Positions 1-12,318 of a stretch of DNA of 64,000 nucleotides are shown here, in pieces. The notes beneath the pieces were generated by a model, which was given only the letters and a program-made list of their open reading frames with translations, did not search any database and was not told the DNA's origin. The stretch is from Camelus ferus. Its lineage: Eukaryota. The DNA lies in NCBI RefSeq assembly GCF_009834535.1, contig NC_045696.1, positions 2,482,001-2,546,000 on the forward strand, in the 5' to 3' direction. The stretch's first letter is position 1; every line of letters starts with the position of its first letter. The translations under genes and the position numbers were made by a program.

Positions 1-1239
1 TGGAAGCAGGTGTCAGAAGCCCACGGGGAAAGTTGGGGGAAAGGGGCAGTTTTCTGGGAGGTGTGGGAGGGGCCTGGTAAGATGCAGGCCTGCATGCCCC
101 TGGGCTCTGCTCTGACGGAAGGAGAGGCATCCAGAACAGACCGCAATCCCTCTTGGGAACTAGAAGGTCCAGCACACACATTCTGGTGTGTCCAGAATGC
201 TAGACGCTCAGGGCCTGGGAGTGACTGGCTCTGAGGCTCAGGGAGACCCCTGGGGCTGGGCCTACGTGGTGACTGTGGCCACGATGTGGCCTGTGGGCCC
301 AGGACGCACTCCTCCCCGTGTCGGCAGGCCTCCCAGCTGGCAGCTGGGCTGCGTGTCCTTGGCTCTGACGAGCCGCAGCACGTGGTAGCCTTGGCCCCCC
401 GTGGCTGCTCACATCCCCGCGCACAGATGGACGTGGGGTGGCATCTGCAGGGTGCCCATCCATCCTCCAGGGTTGTCACTTTGGGGGCCTTCTCAGGGCA
501 GCCTCCGAGGGAGAAGGTGCCTGTAAAGCCCCAGCCGGGTGAGGGCACAAGACCCTCCCTTCCGCGGTGGGAGTGACAGCTAGAGGATGCTCACAACAAG
601 CAGGGTGCCCCCTCCGTCCCCGCCCAGGGGGCATGCACAGCTGGCCCCACTGCTCCCGCTGCTCTTGGGCTGGGGGCATGCTCCCCGATGGCCTCTGCCC
701 TGGCCTGGGCTCCCACAGGCCTCTTGCTGCCTGAGGAGGCAGGACTGCGGCTGGGCTCCTGGGCTCTCGTCCAGTCCATCACTGTCCATCCAGACCCCCA
801 GCCTATCACCCCGGGCCTGGCTAGTGCCCCTCCCCTACCGTGCACCCCCTGTCCTGTGTGCTGGGGGTCCCCAGAGCCACCCTGCAGCCAGGCGCCCGAG
901 GCCAAGGAGATGGAGACGCTGGTGCAGCCCCAGAACACAAACATCGATCATTCGGCTTTTCAAACTTCAGCAGTCTTTAAAGTCTTTCTTTTTCTCTTTT
1001 GATTCAGGGTCTTAATGGGAGCCCAGGCATTCCAAGGACCATTTAATATTTAAACAGTTGCCTCCACTTTGAAGGTCATCCCAGAGTGCAGGGGTGTGGA
1101 GCTGGACGTGAGGCAGAGCCAGGGCTGCAGTGTGGGAGGAGGCCTCCCAGGGACTCGGGAAGGGACACAGGGTAAGGATGTGGGAGGTGGAGATGGGAGG
1201 ATCCCCGCCTTGGCCCCTGACTGCTCATGAGTCCTGGGA

Positions 1240-1290
1240 TCCAGCAAGAGCCTTGTCTCTACCTCAGTGTCCCCATCTGAGAAGTGGGTC
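1240..1290 (+). mobile_element. MIR SINE core fragment
   Basis: ctctacctcagtgtccccatctgagaagtggg resembles the MIR core ctctgagcctcagtttcctcatctgtaaaatggg. Confidence 0.45.
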
Positions 1291-2829
1291 CTTGAATGCC
1301 TTCTACGACCCGGGGAACAAAGCAAACCCATGAAGGGAGAGAGGCGGTGGGACTGGGCTGGGGGGAACAGCACTTGGTTGCAAAGGAAATCAGTGCAAGG
1401 GGGCGGAGCCTGGCGCCCACCCCCTCTTGCCCCGCCCCCTTCACTCCACTTCCCGGTACCCTGGAGTCCTTCTGTCTGTGTGTCCTGGTGCTTGCCCACC
1501 GGTCACCGCCCTATATGCGCAGGGGCTCACGGGAAAGTGTGCCCTTTAGAATCAGAAACAAATTCAGTTTATTTGTTGTTTCAGTTGAAAAATCTTGTAA
1601 ATGTAAAAATAGTCCTCAAAAGCTTGTACTTTATTTTTTTACTTTGAGAAAGAACTTTTGGAATTTTCCCATTTAAGACACACTCAGAAAGAATGAAGGT
1701 TCAAGTTCACTCGATCGTATCCTCCTGTGGTTTTTGTGCCTCTCAAGGCTAATTCTAAACTTGGAACAAAAACGTTTGGGTGGATTCTGAGAAAACACAG
1801 CCCAGTCCGGCACGAGGTTTCTAGTGGGAAGGAAGCGCCGGGCGGCAGGCCGGCTGAGCAGTCAGGCCCGGGCCATCCTGCGGTGCGGCCAGGTCCGCCC
1901 ACGGCGGCCAGGACTGGACACTGCTTTTAGGGAGACAGGACCTGGGGGGTTCTTGCTGCTTCCTGGGGCCGCTGTTTCCTGCAGGTGCTTCCAAGTCCCC
2001 TTTGGGGTCCCACTCTGTGCTGTGGTCTTACCGCTGTCTCACACTCACCTGTTTCGGATGCTTTAGTTTGAAAGGAAAAAAAAAACCAAACTGAAATTAG
2101 CAAACGGGCCTCTTGGGGCTCCCTGGGGGCGGGTAACGCCCTCCCCTGGAGGTCTCTCTACCAGTGTCTGTGAAGGTCGGGTGGGGTGGGGGGAGTTCCC
2201 GGCAGCTGCCACACCCACGGAGGATGAACGGGGCGGGGGGGGGGGGCAGGGAGAGGACCCTTCCACCCCAGGCAGCCGGGCCCCCGTCCCACCATGGTCC
2301 CCCATCCCACCAGAGTCCCCCGGTGGTGGGTGGTCACTGAACGAGCCCCATCCCTGCCTTGTCCCTGTGGCTTCTAGAAGCTGCAGCAGAAAAATACAGC
2401 TCAGAAACCTAAGGCTGCCCTCACAGGACCTCCGTCTGCCCTCTGCCCTCTGCCCGCCTCCGTGCCCCAGATGAAGTTTCTGTTTCCCTGTTTGCTCTCA
2501 GGCTCCCTGTCCCTTCAGACCTCTGAGCAGCTCCAGCCCCCACAGGGACTAGGGCTCCGGGTGCCGTCTGGAGGGCTGACCACTGGCCACGGCTTCCCTC
2601 GGACCCTTCATCCCTCTGCACCAGTCTCCTGCCCCTCGCCCGTCTTGGAGGGGCCACAACTCAGCCACAAGCCCTGCTCTGTGGGTGGCACAGCCAGGGC
2701 GCAAATGGGGCCAAGTCCACGGTCACTGAGGTGGGGTCCAGAGAGTATGTGTGTGTGGGGTCCCCCCCTGGCCAGGTGGTGTTGCATGGAGCCCCCCAAA
2801 CCCTCCTCTTCTCAGAGCTGAGCTCCCCA

Positions 2830-3025
2830 AACACCTAGGAACCCAAGATGGCTAGTCAACACCAGGGGCTGGAGAGAGCCTGGGGCAGATCCTTACTTAC
2901 AGCCACAGAAGACCCAACCCCGCCGACACTGTGATCTCTGACTCTGGCCTCCAGACTGAGAGAATGACATGTGTGTTATTTAAGTCACCGGGTCTGGGTG
3001 CTTTGTCTCGGCAGCCCCAGAACCC
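2830..3025 (+). mobile_element. MLT1-family (MaLR) LTR, 3' part
   Basis: ccccgccgacactgtgatctctgactctggcctccagactgagagaat...tgttatttaagtcac matches the typical MLT1 3' motif. Confidence 0.7.
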
Positions 3026-6000
3026 TCGTGCTGTGCCCCCAGCCCCCGCCCCGGCCTCCTTTCCAGGAATCCTGTCTGGCGCCCATGGCCGGGCGGCTCA
3101 TCCCCGGGGCCCCACACTCAGACTCTAAGTCCTCTGCGGGAACCTGTCCCCAGACTGTCAGCCCCAGGGACGTGCCATTGTGCTCCCCCGGCCCGAGGGA
3201 GCCTCCAGGTGGCTGAGTGGCCAGCGGACACCGGGCTGGAGGGGTGACTTCCCAGGGTCAAGCATCCCCACTGGGGAGCCCGGATGGAATAATCGTGACT
3301 GCTGGCTGGGCTCGTGGAGGAGAGGTCGGGGAGGCTCTGCTAACACCTGCTGCCCAGTGGTGGCGGGCGCAGCGGCCGGACCTGCTGGGCTCGCGAGGGG
3401 TTTGCTCTTCTCCTCAGGCGCTGGAACATCTGGTGAGTGGAGGCCCCCTGACAGCTCAGCGCTCCTTAGGCTGAGCTGTCCCCTTGGATCTGTCCCTGTA
3501 GGTTGAGTCCTAGAAACGGTCATCGGCTGGCCAGCCATCGGGCTCTTGGGAGTCCCCGCAACCCCGCATCTTGTTGGAGCTCTTTAGGGGGCGGGTCCCC
3601 AGGGCTTTCTGGAGAGGGTAGAAGGGGTCCCAGGACAACAGAGCAGAGGGTCTCCCCACGCCCGGCCCCAGCTGTGCAGTGGTTGCAGGGGAGCCCCGGA
3701 GTGTGGACCAAGCCCACAAGACCTCAGACTGTGGGCAGGCGGCAAGGAAGGGGAGGAGGCGGGCCCCGGGGACACACTGTGCAGGGAGGGGGTAGCTGCT
3801 GGCTCCTGGGGACCTTCATTCCGCAGAGGTGGGGCTGAGCTGGGTGTGGAAGGCTGGGGGGCATGCTCCAGACAGATGGACCGACGAACAGCTTTGAACC
3901 CACTGGGCCCAGTGCAACCAGCGATAGACTAGGGAGAGCGAGTCTACCCATCTTGATGTGCCTCTGAGTGCCCGACGCCCGTGCCCAACTGCAGGGGCAG
4001 AGACGGGTCAGCTGAGGGGAGGAGATGTGCCCCTCAGTGGGAGCTGGAGTCATGAAAGTCACAGGGGGAGGGGGAGCCGAAACAAGTGGCAGAGACCGGA
4101 CGCAGGGGAGTAGCCACACTGCAGGCCTCAGGGGCACGGGAGGAACGGGGGTGCCGCCCTGCCTCCGGGTGGGGGGTTTGGGAGGGCTTTCTTCAGAGTC
4201 AGGACCTTGCTGTCACCATCATGGTGACCCTTCATGAGCTGTCACCGCGAGGTGAGACTGCCCAACGCCAGATCTCACGCCAAGGGGTCCTGGCTTGGCC
4301 CAGGGACACAGCTGTCTGAACTTGTGCGGGGGCTCACGGAGGGCAGACCTGGATGGTGGTACTTTGAGCTCTTCCTCGGGACTGAGGGCTTCATGCTCAC
4401 ACGAGACCCACTTTCCATTTCCCTTAAGCCCGTGGGCACTGGGTGTCCTGGCCACATGTGGACCTCCCTGCTGGGATGGAGGCCCCTGACAGCCAGCTGC
4501 GGCAGGGGGGCTGGTCCTGCCCTCACCTCTTCTCCCCCGGGAGCACGTGGGTGCAGCCTCGCCGCACCCCCAGGCAACAGAGAGCGGCACCCTCACTCAG
4601 GGTTCTAGGATTTATTACCCAAACAGGGGCACCTTGAGAGAGGAGGGGGCTGTGGACGCCAGGACCACCAGGGCGTGAACGCAGGCGTGGCCCTGCCGCT
4701 CCCTCAGCCTCCCCCTTCCTGGCAATGGACTCCCAGCTGCACGTTGGGGAGGAGGGCGGGGGAGCTCAGGGCCTGGCCCCTCCAACTGGCAGCACACGGG
4801 ACTGCTCTGCTTGGAGACCTTGAGATTCAGAACCTGCCTTTCCAGCTAGAATCTCCCTGGATTTCAGAAGTGTTTCTCTTTACCAGGAGTGGGGTGATTT
4901 TTAAGCGGAAAGAGGGCTCATTCTGTAAATTGCTGGGGCTGGTGAGAGCTGCCAGCACCCTGGGTGAGGGGAGTGTGTCGTGGGGCCAAGCGCAGCCCCG
5001 GCCAAACTAAGTGCTCGGAGGACGCGGCTTCCTCCGGGTCCTGAGGACAGACCGGGCACGCGTGGGCTGACCCTTCCCGCCCCAGACGGCTCCCGGGGGA
5101 CCTCGGGACGTGGCAGGTGATGAAACCCAGAGCTGATGGCGAGGCCAGTACAACCAGGCCACGTCTGACCTTTCAAGGAGACCCAGGCTGCTCGGAAAGC
5201 CCTGAATTAGAAAGGCACCTGGTCCCTGCGGAAGATAAGCGCAGGCGGGGTCCCCCTGCACGGAGGCGTGCGGCCCCAGGCAGCGCAGCGCCGCCCCAGC
5301 GTCCGGGAGTCCGTGATCAGCACACAGACCGGCGCCTCGATGCAGAGGAAACCCCGAACGGTTCTGCCGAGGACTTGGCTTCGCCTGCCCAGCGAACGGG
5401 TGAGCCAGTTTCATGTCCTTCAGGCCTCCTTCACCACCGACTCAGTTGTCCTGTTCAACCCCATACAAGCCTCGACTTCTCCCTGTTTGTAAATGGGGGT
5501 GACTGCTGACCTGCTTGGCCTGGTGCAAATGCTTGGCTTGGCCTCAGAATTTAATTTTCACCACAACTCAGAGGCAAGTACACAGTTTCTCCAGATGTGC
5601 AGGTGGGGAAATTGTGTCTCAGAGGCGAGGACCTGCGTAGGGTTTGCAGCGGGTGGGTGCACAGCAGAGCTTCTGGTCGAGCCCCCCATGAGGAGGGGGT
5701 GTGCGGATCAGTGTGGGGTCCTTCACACCTGGCCCGTCTCCCCCATCGGCCCTCGAGCATCCCAGGACCTTCCTGCCTCCCAATCACTTCACTCTGGGCT
5801 AACACTCGGAAGTGTCCCGCCCCCACGTCCCTCCTCATCTCTGCCCCGGGAGCTGCTGGTTCTGCCATCACCGTGACCTCGGGAACTCCCTTGTTCTCCC
5901 ACCCAGAGCCCCGGGGGCCTCCTGCGGTCCTGAGTCTGCCTCCTTGGCCGGTTAGGCAGCAGGGTCACTGTCCTGTAAGGGCCGTGGTCACCCTAACGTC

Positions 6001-6299
6001 ACAGCTCGAACGTCCGGATCCTGGAGCCCTGAGCCACACCACACACACAGCTGACACCTGTCACACGGGGCGGGCCAGTTCTGCCCCCGAGTCTGCTGGC
6101 TGAGGGGGGGGCTCAGACGCGAGGCCTCCTGGGCTCCGTCACCCTGACGCCGGCTTGTTCACCTGCGCCTCCCAGAGAGGATCTGGGGGTAAGGCCCGCC
6201 GGCTCCCCGGCAGGCTGGAGGCTCTGTCAACTCCACGTCAGCGGTCTTCCGGGCAGGTCTGGACCCTGGCAAATGCAGGCTCCTCGCATTGACTTTGGA

Positions 6300-6890
6300 A
6301 AAGTGGTTTTGAAATCGAGCTGTAACTTCCCTACCATGAAAGGCATGAACCCTGCATTGGGCTCATGCATTTTCACATGTCTGCACCCATGTTACCACCG
6401 TCTGTGTAACAGGGTTACCATCGGGAGCCCTCCCAGCACTGCTGAGAGCCCCTCGTGCCCTTGTGTCCCCCCGTCACTGCCCCCGAGGATGCCTGCTTTT
6501 CTGACCTCTGACTTCCGTCAGACCTAGTCCTTTCACTCTTGAACTTGATCTGTGGAAGGCAGCGTCACTCAGCCCCGAGACCACCCTTGCAGCTGTGCAG
6601 CCCCAGGCGGCGGTGGTCGGCTCTTTCTTTGCGGGGCTGTGTCACCGGTGACCAGATGCCGTGTGCTCCTCCCTCTGTGGGGGGACGTTCGGGTGGAGGA
6701 CCAAGGCTACTCTGACCGTCCCTGCACACAGCTGTTTAGGTATCACTCTCGCTTCCACTGGGTGTATACTCAGCAGTGGGATCACTGGGTGTCGGGGGGC
6801 CCATTCCAAGTGGGGTGTCCGTTCACCCCTGCCAGCAGGACGAGGGACCCCAGCAACACGACTTGGTATCGCCAATTTTTCGTTTCAGCC
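6300..6890 (-). mobile_element. Degraded L1M 3' end remnant
   Basis: Antisense L1 3'UTR/ORF2-like text (e.g. cactgggtgtatactcagcagtgggatcactgggt); heavily diverged. Confidence 0.5.
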
Positions 6891-7309
6891 TATCTGGTGG
6901 ATTTGCAGGGATGCTGTCTTGTTGGAAAGCATAGAGCACTGATCACCGGGCGTGCAGAGAGTTTGATAGTGAGTTTTTCTAGAGCTTTCTTTCGGTGCCG
7001 GGCGGCTGGCCTGGGGAGTGACAGACTGCAGTGCCAGAGCAGTGAGCAGCTAAGCCCCGGGGGCGGGTCCCCCGCCCCAAGAGGCTGGGCCTGTTCAGGG
7101 ATAGCCTGTGGGCATGGGGCAGGTGGCCAGCCCCGCACCCGGGCCCGGCAGGCAGGGTATGTCGGAGGGGCCGGGTGTTGGGGGAGGACTTTGGGGACAG
7201 GGTGGGTTCAGCCCCAGAGAGTGGTGGCCACGTGCAAAGAAAGCTTCAGGGGCGCTCAGGAGATGCAGAGACCACCGAGAACGGGCCATTCCCCGACAAC
7301 TGAGCGTGT

Positions 7310-7700
7310 GGGGTAACGGGTGCCACATACTGGAGGCTTCAAACAACGGAAACGTTTTCTCTCACGGCTCTGGGGACCAGAGGTCTGAAATCAAGGGTGG
7401 GCCGGGCCGTGCTCTCTCCAGTCTCTGGGGGGGCCCTTCCTGCCTCTTCCGGCTTCTGGTGCTGCCGTCAACCCTCGCCGTCCCTTGGCTGTGGCCGCGT
7501 CGCTCTCATCCCTGGCTCCATTGTTACGTGGACTTCTCTGGGTCCAAATTTCCCTCTTCTTGTGAGAACACCAATCATTGGATTAGGGCTGCTAGACTCC
7601 AGGAGGACTTCATCTCAGCTTGATTGCACCTGCAGAGATGTTATTTCCAAATCAGGCCGCACTCTGAGTTGATGAGAATTTGGGGGCGCCCTATTCAACC
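7310..7700 (-). mobile_element. MLT1-family LTR
   Basis: aacaacggaaacgttttctctcacggctctggggaccagaggtctgaaatcaagg...aacaccaatcattggattaggg...ttatttccaaat...ctattcaacc. Confidence 0.8.
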
Positions 7701-7876
7701 CTCTGGGTCACATTTTGGTAATTCTAACAATACTTCCAACTTTTTCGTCATTGTTACGTTTGTTAGGATGATCTGAGATCGGTGATCTTGAAGGTGAGTG
7801 TTGCAAAGATTTCAACTCACTGAAGGCTCAGGTGATGGTCGGCATTTTTTAGCAAGAAGGTATTTTTGAATCAAGC
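7701..7876 (+). mobile_element. Internal fragment of a Tigger1-derived element (duplicate of 8550-8727)
   Basis: Directly alignable to 8550-8727; has no terminal inverted repeats. Confidence 0.8.
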
Positions 7877-8419
7877 CTTCATCCCTGAGCCCCCCACGCC
7901 CACCTTACAGCTGCAAAGGAGGTGGACCGCCTGGCCATGGCCCGCCCAGCTACCTATGCCCTCTGAACTCCCCCCCACCCCTGCCCACCCAGGGCTCAAA
8001 GAGACTGGTATGGGGGTGGCTGTCAAAACACAAGGTGTTCTACCTGGAAGGGCCATTGGCTTGGGAATGCAGCTACGATGATCAAATACCCTTGAGAAAC
8101 GTACACTCATTGATTTGGACACCCATCATCACAGGGTGAGTCTGCCAGACCCTGCACCCCCTATTCCTTGCCTGTGGTCTGGCTTTGCCCAGTTGGTTGA
8201 ATAATGGAGGCAGGAGAGAGATGGGTCCCGAGCTGGGTACACAGCCTAGAGAAACCACACATGTACTGGGACGCATGTACAAGAATGTTCCAGATGCTGG
8301 GCTCACCACCAGGGATGCCACATGTGGCTGTGCAATAGCCACGAGTGGAATAGTATACAGCAGTGAAAAGAGCAGCCCATAGTTACATGCGGCATCGTGG
8401 CCGTCTTAGAAACGCAAAA

Positions 8420-8888
8420 CAGGTGGACCCCATTCTGCTTTATTGCTCTTTGCAGATACTGTGGTTTTACAAACTGAAGGTTTGTAGCAACCATGAGTCA
8501 AGCAAGTTTGTTGGCACCATTTTTCCAATAGCATTTGCTCACTTTACATCTCTGGGTCACGTTTTTGTAATTCTCACAATATTTCCAACTTCTTCATCAT
8601 TGTTATGTTTGTTAGGATGATCTGTGATCAGTGACCTTGAAGGTGACTGTTGCAAAGAGATTACAACTCGCTGAAGGCTTAGGTGATGGTCGGCATTTTT
8701 TAGCAAGAAGGTATTTTTGAATCAAGCTGTGTACATTATTTTAAATATAATGCTATTTCACACTTAACAGATTACAACATGGTGTAAATAGAATACAAGA
8801 CAAAAAATTCATGTGACTCACTTTATTGCGATATTCGCTTTATGGTGGTTGTCTGGAACCAAACCCTCGATGTCTCCAAGTCTCCTTG
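8420..8888 (+). mobile_element. Non-autonomous, internally deleted Tigger1 DNA transposon (Tigger1a_Art-like)
   Basis: The 5' end gctttattgctctttgcagatactg...caaactgaaggtttgtagcaacc is joined to the 3' end gtgactcactttattgcgatattcgctttatggtggttgtctggaaccaaaccc; both match recalled Tigger1 termini. Confidence 0.85.
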
Positions 8889-11059
8889 AATTGCGTGAGA
8901 CGGCTACCTGCAGGAGACTTCATGACACATGCTTCAATGTGTATAAAATATCATAAAGGTAAGGGTGGGACAAACAGCAGCTTCAGGGTGGAGCTTGCCT
9001 CTGGGGGCGGCTGGCAGGTGGGCTGGGGGGAGCGAGGGGTGTGCTCTAGTTACAGGGGCCCTGGGCGCCCCGCATATGAGGCTGGGAGGGAGGGGACACC
9101 CTCCCAGTAACTGGCGAGGTGGAGTCCCCGGCTGTAGGGCCTCTTGAGCTGGCCACACAAGGGGGCTCAAGTCAAAATCTAAACCTGGAGCCAGCTGACC
9201 CACGTGAGCAGGCTCTCTCTGCCCACCCCCCCCCCACGGCTGCAGGGTCAGGACCTCGGGTCAGAAGGTGCTGGCCCTCCCTCCCCTTGGGCATAGTGGG
9301 GGCAGAGTGGGTGCCCAGCAGCAGGTCTGCAAGGCTGGTGTGTGGCTCTCAGTCAGGGTCATCCGTTTCCTGACTTTGCCAGGGCCAGGGGTTCAGTCCT
9401 GGGGACTCTGACCAGCAAGAGAGTGGCCACCCTTTTGCGGTCAGTCCTGCTGACCGGAAACGCAATCTACCACACTCTGACTGCGGAGCCCAGCGAGCTG
9501 TGTCCTGCCCAGGGGTCCTGGGAGGTGCGAGCAGGGCTGAGTCTGGGCATCAGACGTCTGTCTGCTCGAGCATCCACCAGCCCTGGTTGGAGTGGGACGA
9601 TCTCTTCTCTGCTGGGGTCCAGAGTCCACTGCGTGTGCCGTCGTGACCCACCGTGACTCTGCCTAGGAATCGTGGCCCTCCTGCCCGAGCCCTCTGCTCC
9701 ACAGCAGGACTCTCTTTGCTCCCGAGGATTTTGGAAAACCCTTAGAAAGGGACATCCCAGGTCTGCTCTTCTGGAAAGGAGACAGTCCATCCTTATTATG
9801 CCCTGGGGGAGCGGCTGGGGTGAGGGTTGACCATCTCCCCCAGGAGCAGCCTCGCCTGGCTGAGTGGAGGCTGGGGTCTCTGGTAGGTTCCATTGGTCCT
9901 TCCTGCCTCTCTGTTCAGGAACATTCCGGGAGATGGTCCCTAAGTGTCTGTTGAGCAATGTGGCTGGAGGCCAGCAAGCTGGGGCAGGCAGAGAGGTGAG
10001 GGACTGAATCCTCTTCAGTCCGGGGATTCCTGGAGGCAACAGAGTTTGCCCCTGGCCAGGGCACCGAGGACTCAGGAGGTCAGGGAGGAGGAGAGCCGCT
10101 GGCGGGGTGGGCGGGGAGCAGTAACAGCAACGCGGATCGGAAGACGCGGGGCTGGATTCCAGCGCAGGCAGAGAACCGAGTCATCGGGGACAGAGCTGTG
10201 GGGATTAGTGATGCTGAGTCACCGCCGCGGGGGGCGGAGGGGCAGGGGGACAACAGGTGAGGACACTCGGGCCTGGCAGGCCCACTTGGTCCAGGGGCGG
10301 CACATTCTGAAGGCAACGCGGAGGGATTACAGGATCTCGGACAACGGAAGCTTTGGCTGCACGGCTCCACCAGAATGTGCTGGGATGGAAGTGAAGAGGG
10401 GATGTGGGCACTGGAAGGGGGTGGCAACGAAGAAACACCAGCGCTCTGACCTGGACTGAGGTTCTGACCGCGAGCACACCGGGGGCCGCGCTGGCACAAA
10501 TGGTGCTGCCCGGGTCTCGCTGGTCCAGGGGCCAGTCCTGGGGCACCTCTTCCCTCTGCGCTATCTAGGGGTGCCCAGCAGTGGCTCCATGGATATGGGC
10601 AGGCCCAAGAGGTATTGAGAAACAGCCACGCCATGGCTGGACCCTCTCTGTGGACACAGGAGGTGGCCCCTCCAGAGCCCTGGCTTTGCATTGCCGCTGC
10701 ACGGTGGCAGCCCCTCCCCCACGGTGAGATGGGCAGTGGGGCCCAGGGTAGGGGAGCCAGCAACGGGCACCTGCAGGGGACCCTGGGGATGCAGCTCACA
10801 CCTCAGTGCCCATCAGGGCCAAGAGGGCTGGAGCGTTTACAGGTCAATCCGTCAGTCATTGGGGACGTCTGCCCTTGGAGTGGGAGGTCTCTGGGCCTGT
10901 GCAGGCAGTGTTTTTATATTAAAGGTTTCGTTATTCTCGGGTGCAGGGAGCACAACAGATCAGAAGGTGACTGCTACTGGGAAGAGCTTGTCCCTCACAG
11001 GTCAGGGGATGCCCAGGATGGGCGAGAAGAGCAGCCGGAGCCTGCAGGCGGGCAGCCTC

Positions 11060-11130
11060 TGGGCCAGGGCCACCTGGGTAACACTAGGCCACCCTGAGCC
11101 ACCTGGGCCACCTGGGTCACTCTGGGCCAC
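11060..11130. repeat. Short degenerate tandem repeat, unit ~gccacctgg
   Basis: gggccacctgggtaacactaggccaccctgagccacctgggccacctgggtcactctgggccac. Confidence 0.6.
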
Positions 11131-11946
11131 GTCAGGCTGCTTCCCAAGGCCACCCCTTCTGACGGTGGCCAGATCCAGGCCTGGAGACCTTGGACCTGTG
11201 CAGCCCAGTACAAGAGGGCCAGGTTGAAAAGAACATTCTGTGCCAAAGCCCTGCCTGGTTGGACCTTGGCCACTTTTCAGATTTGTGGCAGGAAATGGCA
11301 CCGAAGGAAAGAGTCCACTGAGCTCTTTTCACAGGACATGGGGGAACTGGCGGACGTGGGCCCCGACTGCCGGGCGATCAGTGAGCGAACTGACCCAGGC
11401 AGAGTAAACCCCCGGGTCACACACCACTCTGCGCCTGGAAGGAGCTTCCCAGGAGTGCAGCCAGCGTGTCCTCCCCCTGCCGCCCCACGTCCCTCACAGT
11501 GGCACTTGGCGCACTTTCTCGCCCCTGTGCAGACAGAGGTGGTCTCGAGGGAAGCAGGCCGGGGGTCTGGAGGAGGCTGGGACCCCAGCCCTGCCGCAGG
11601 GGCGGGCAGCGTGTGGGCCCTGCTCCGCCACCCCCTGCCTGGCCACCCTGTGCCACCAGCAGCCCTGCGCCCCAGTGATGCCTTCTGCGGACACGCCAGC
11701 TCGTCACACAGACTTTCAAGAGCAGGAGGAAGAGCCTCCAGAACAGAGACACTGGCTTCCTGTCTCGAGAGCCTGGGGGACCCTGGGGGGCTCTGCACGC
11801 GCCTTCGCCCTCTGTTCGCCATGGCCTCGGGCCCTGAAGATCAACGCTGATGCTTCCCCTTCACTTAAAACAGGATGCACCACTTTCAAGCTGACAGCAG
11901 AGGAGATTTCCAGCAGCTGTCCTATCAAAGCCCGCCACTGTGTCAC

Positions 11947-12318
11947 TGTTGTGGGCCACGTGACCCCCAAATTCACGAGTTGGAGCCCCGACCCCCAGCT
12001 CCAGAGAATGTGGCTGTCCTTGGAGACACGGTGCTTAAAGAGGTGATTAAGCTTAGCCGAGGTCACGGGGGCGGGCCCTGACACGATCTGGTAGGTGTCC
12101 TTATAAGAAGCAGGACACAGACACACACACAGGGACGACCAGGCGGGGACACAGGGAGGAGACCGCCATCCACACGCCCAGGAGCGGGGCCTCAGAAAGA
12201 ACCAGCCCTGCCACGCCTGCATCTCAGGCTTCTGTCCTCAGGACTGTGAGAAGATGGGTTTCTGCTGTTTGACCGCCTGGTCGGTGTACTTAACCACGGC
12301 TGTCCCAGGACAGACACA
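11947..12318 (+). mobile_element. MLT1A-like solo LTR
   Basis: cccccaaattcac...agaatgtggctgtccttggagac...taaagaggtgattaag...ggtgtccttataagaag...gcctcagaaagaaccagccctgcc...ggactgtgagaa. Confidence 0.85.

Noticed and set aside
6552..7316. 254-aa ORF on +
   Set aside because: It runs through a decayed antisense L1 remnant and GC-rich spacer, with no domain or consistent splice structure.
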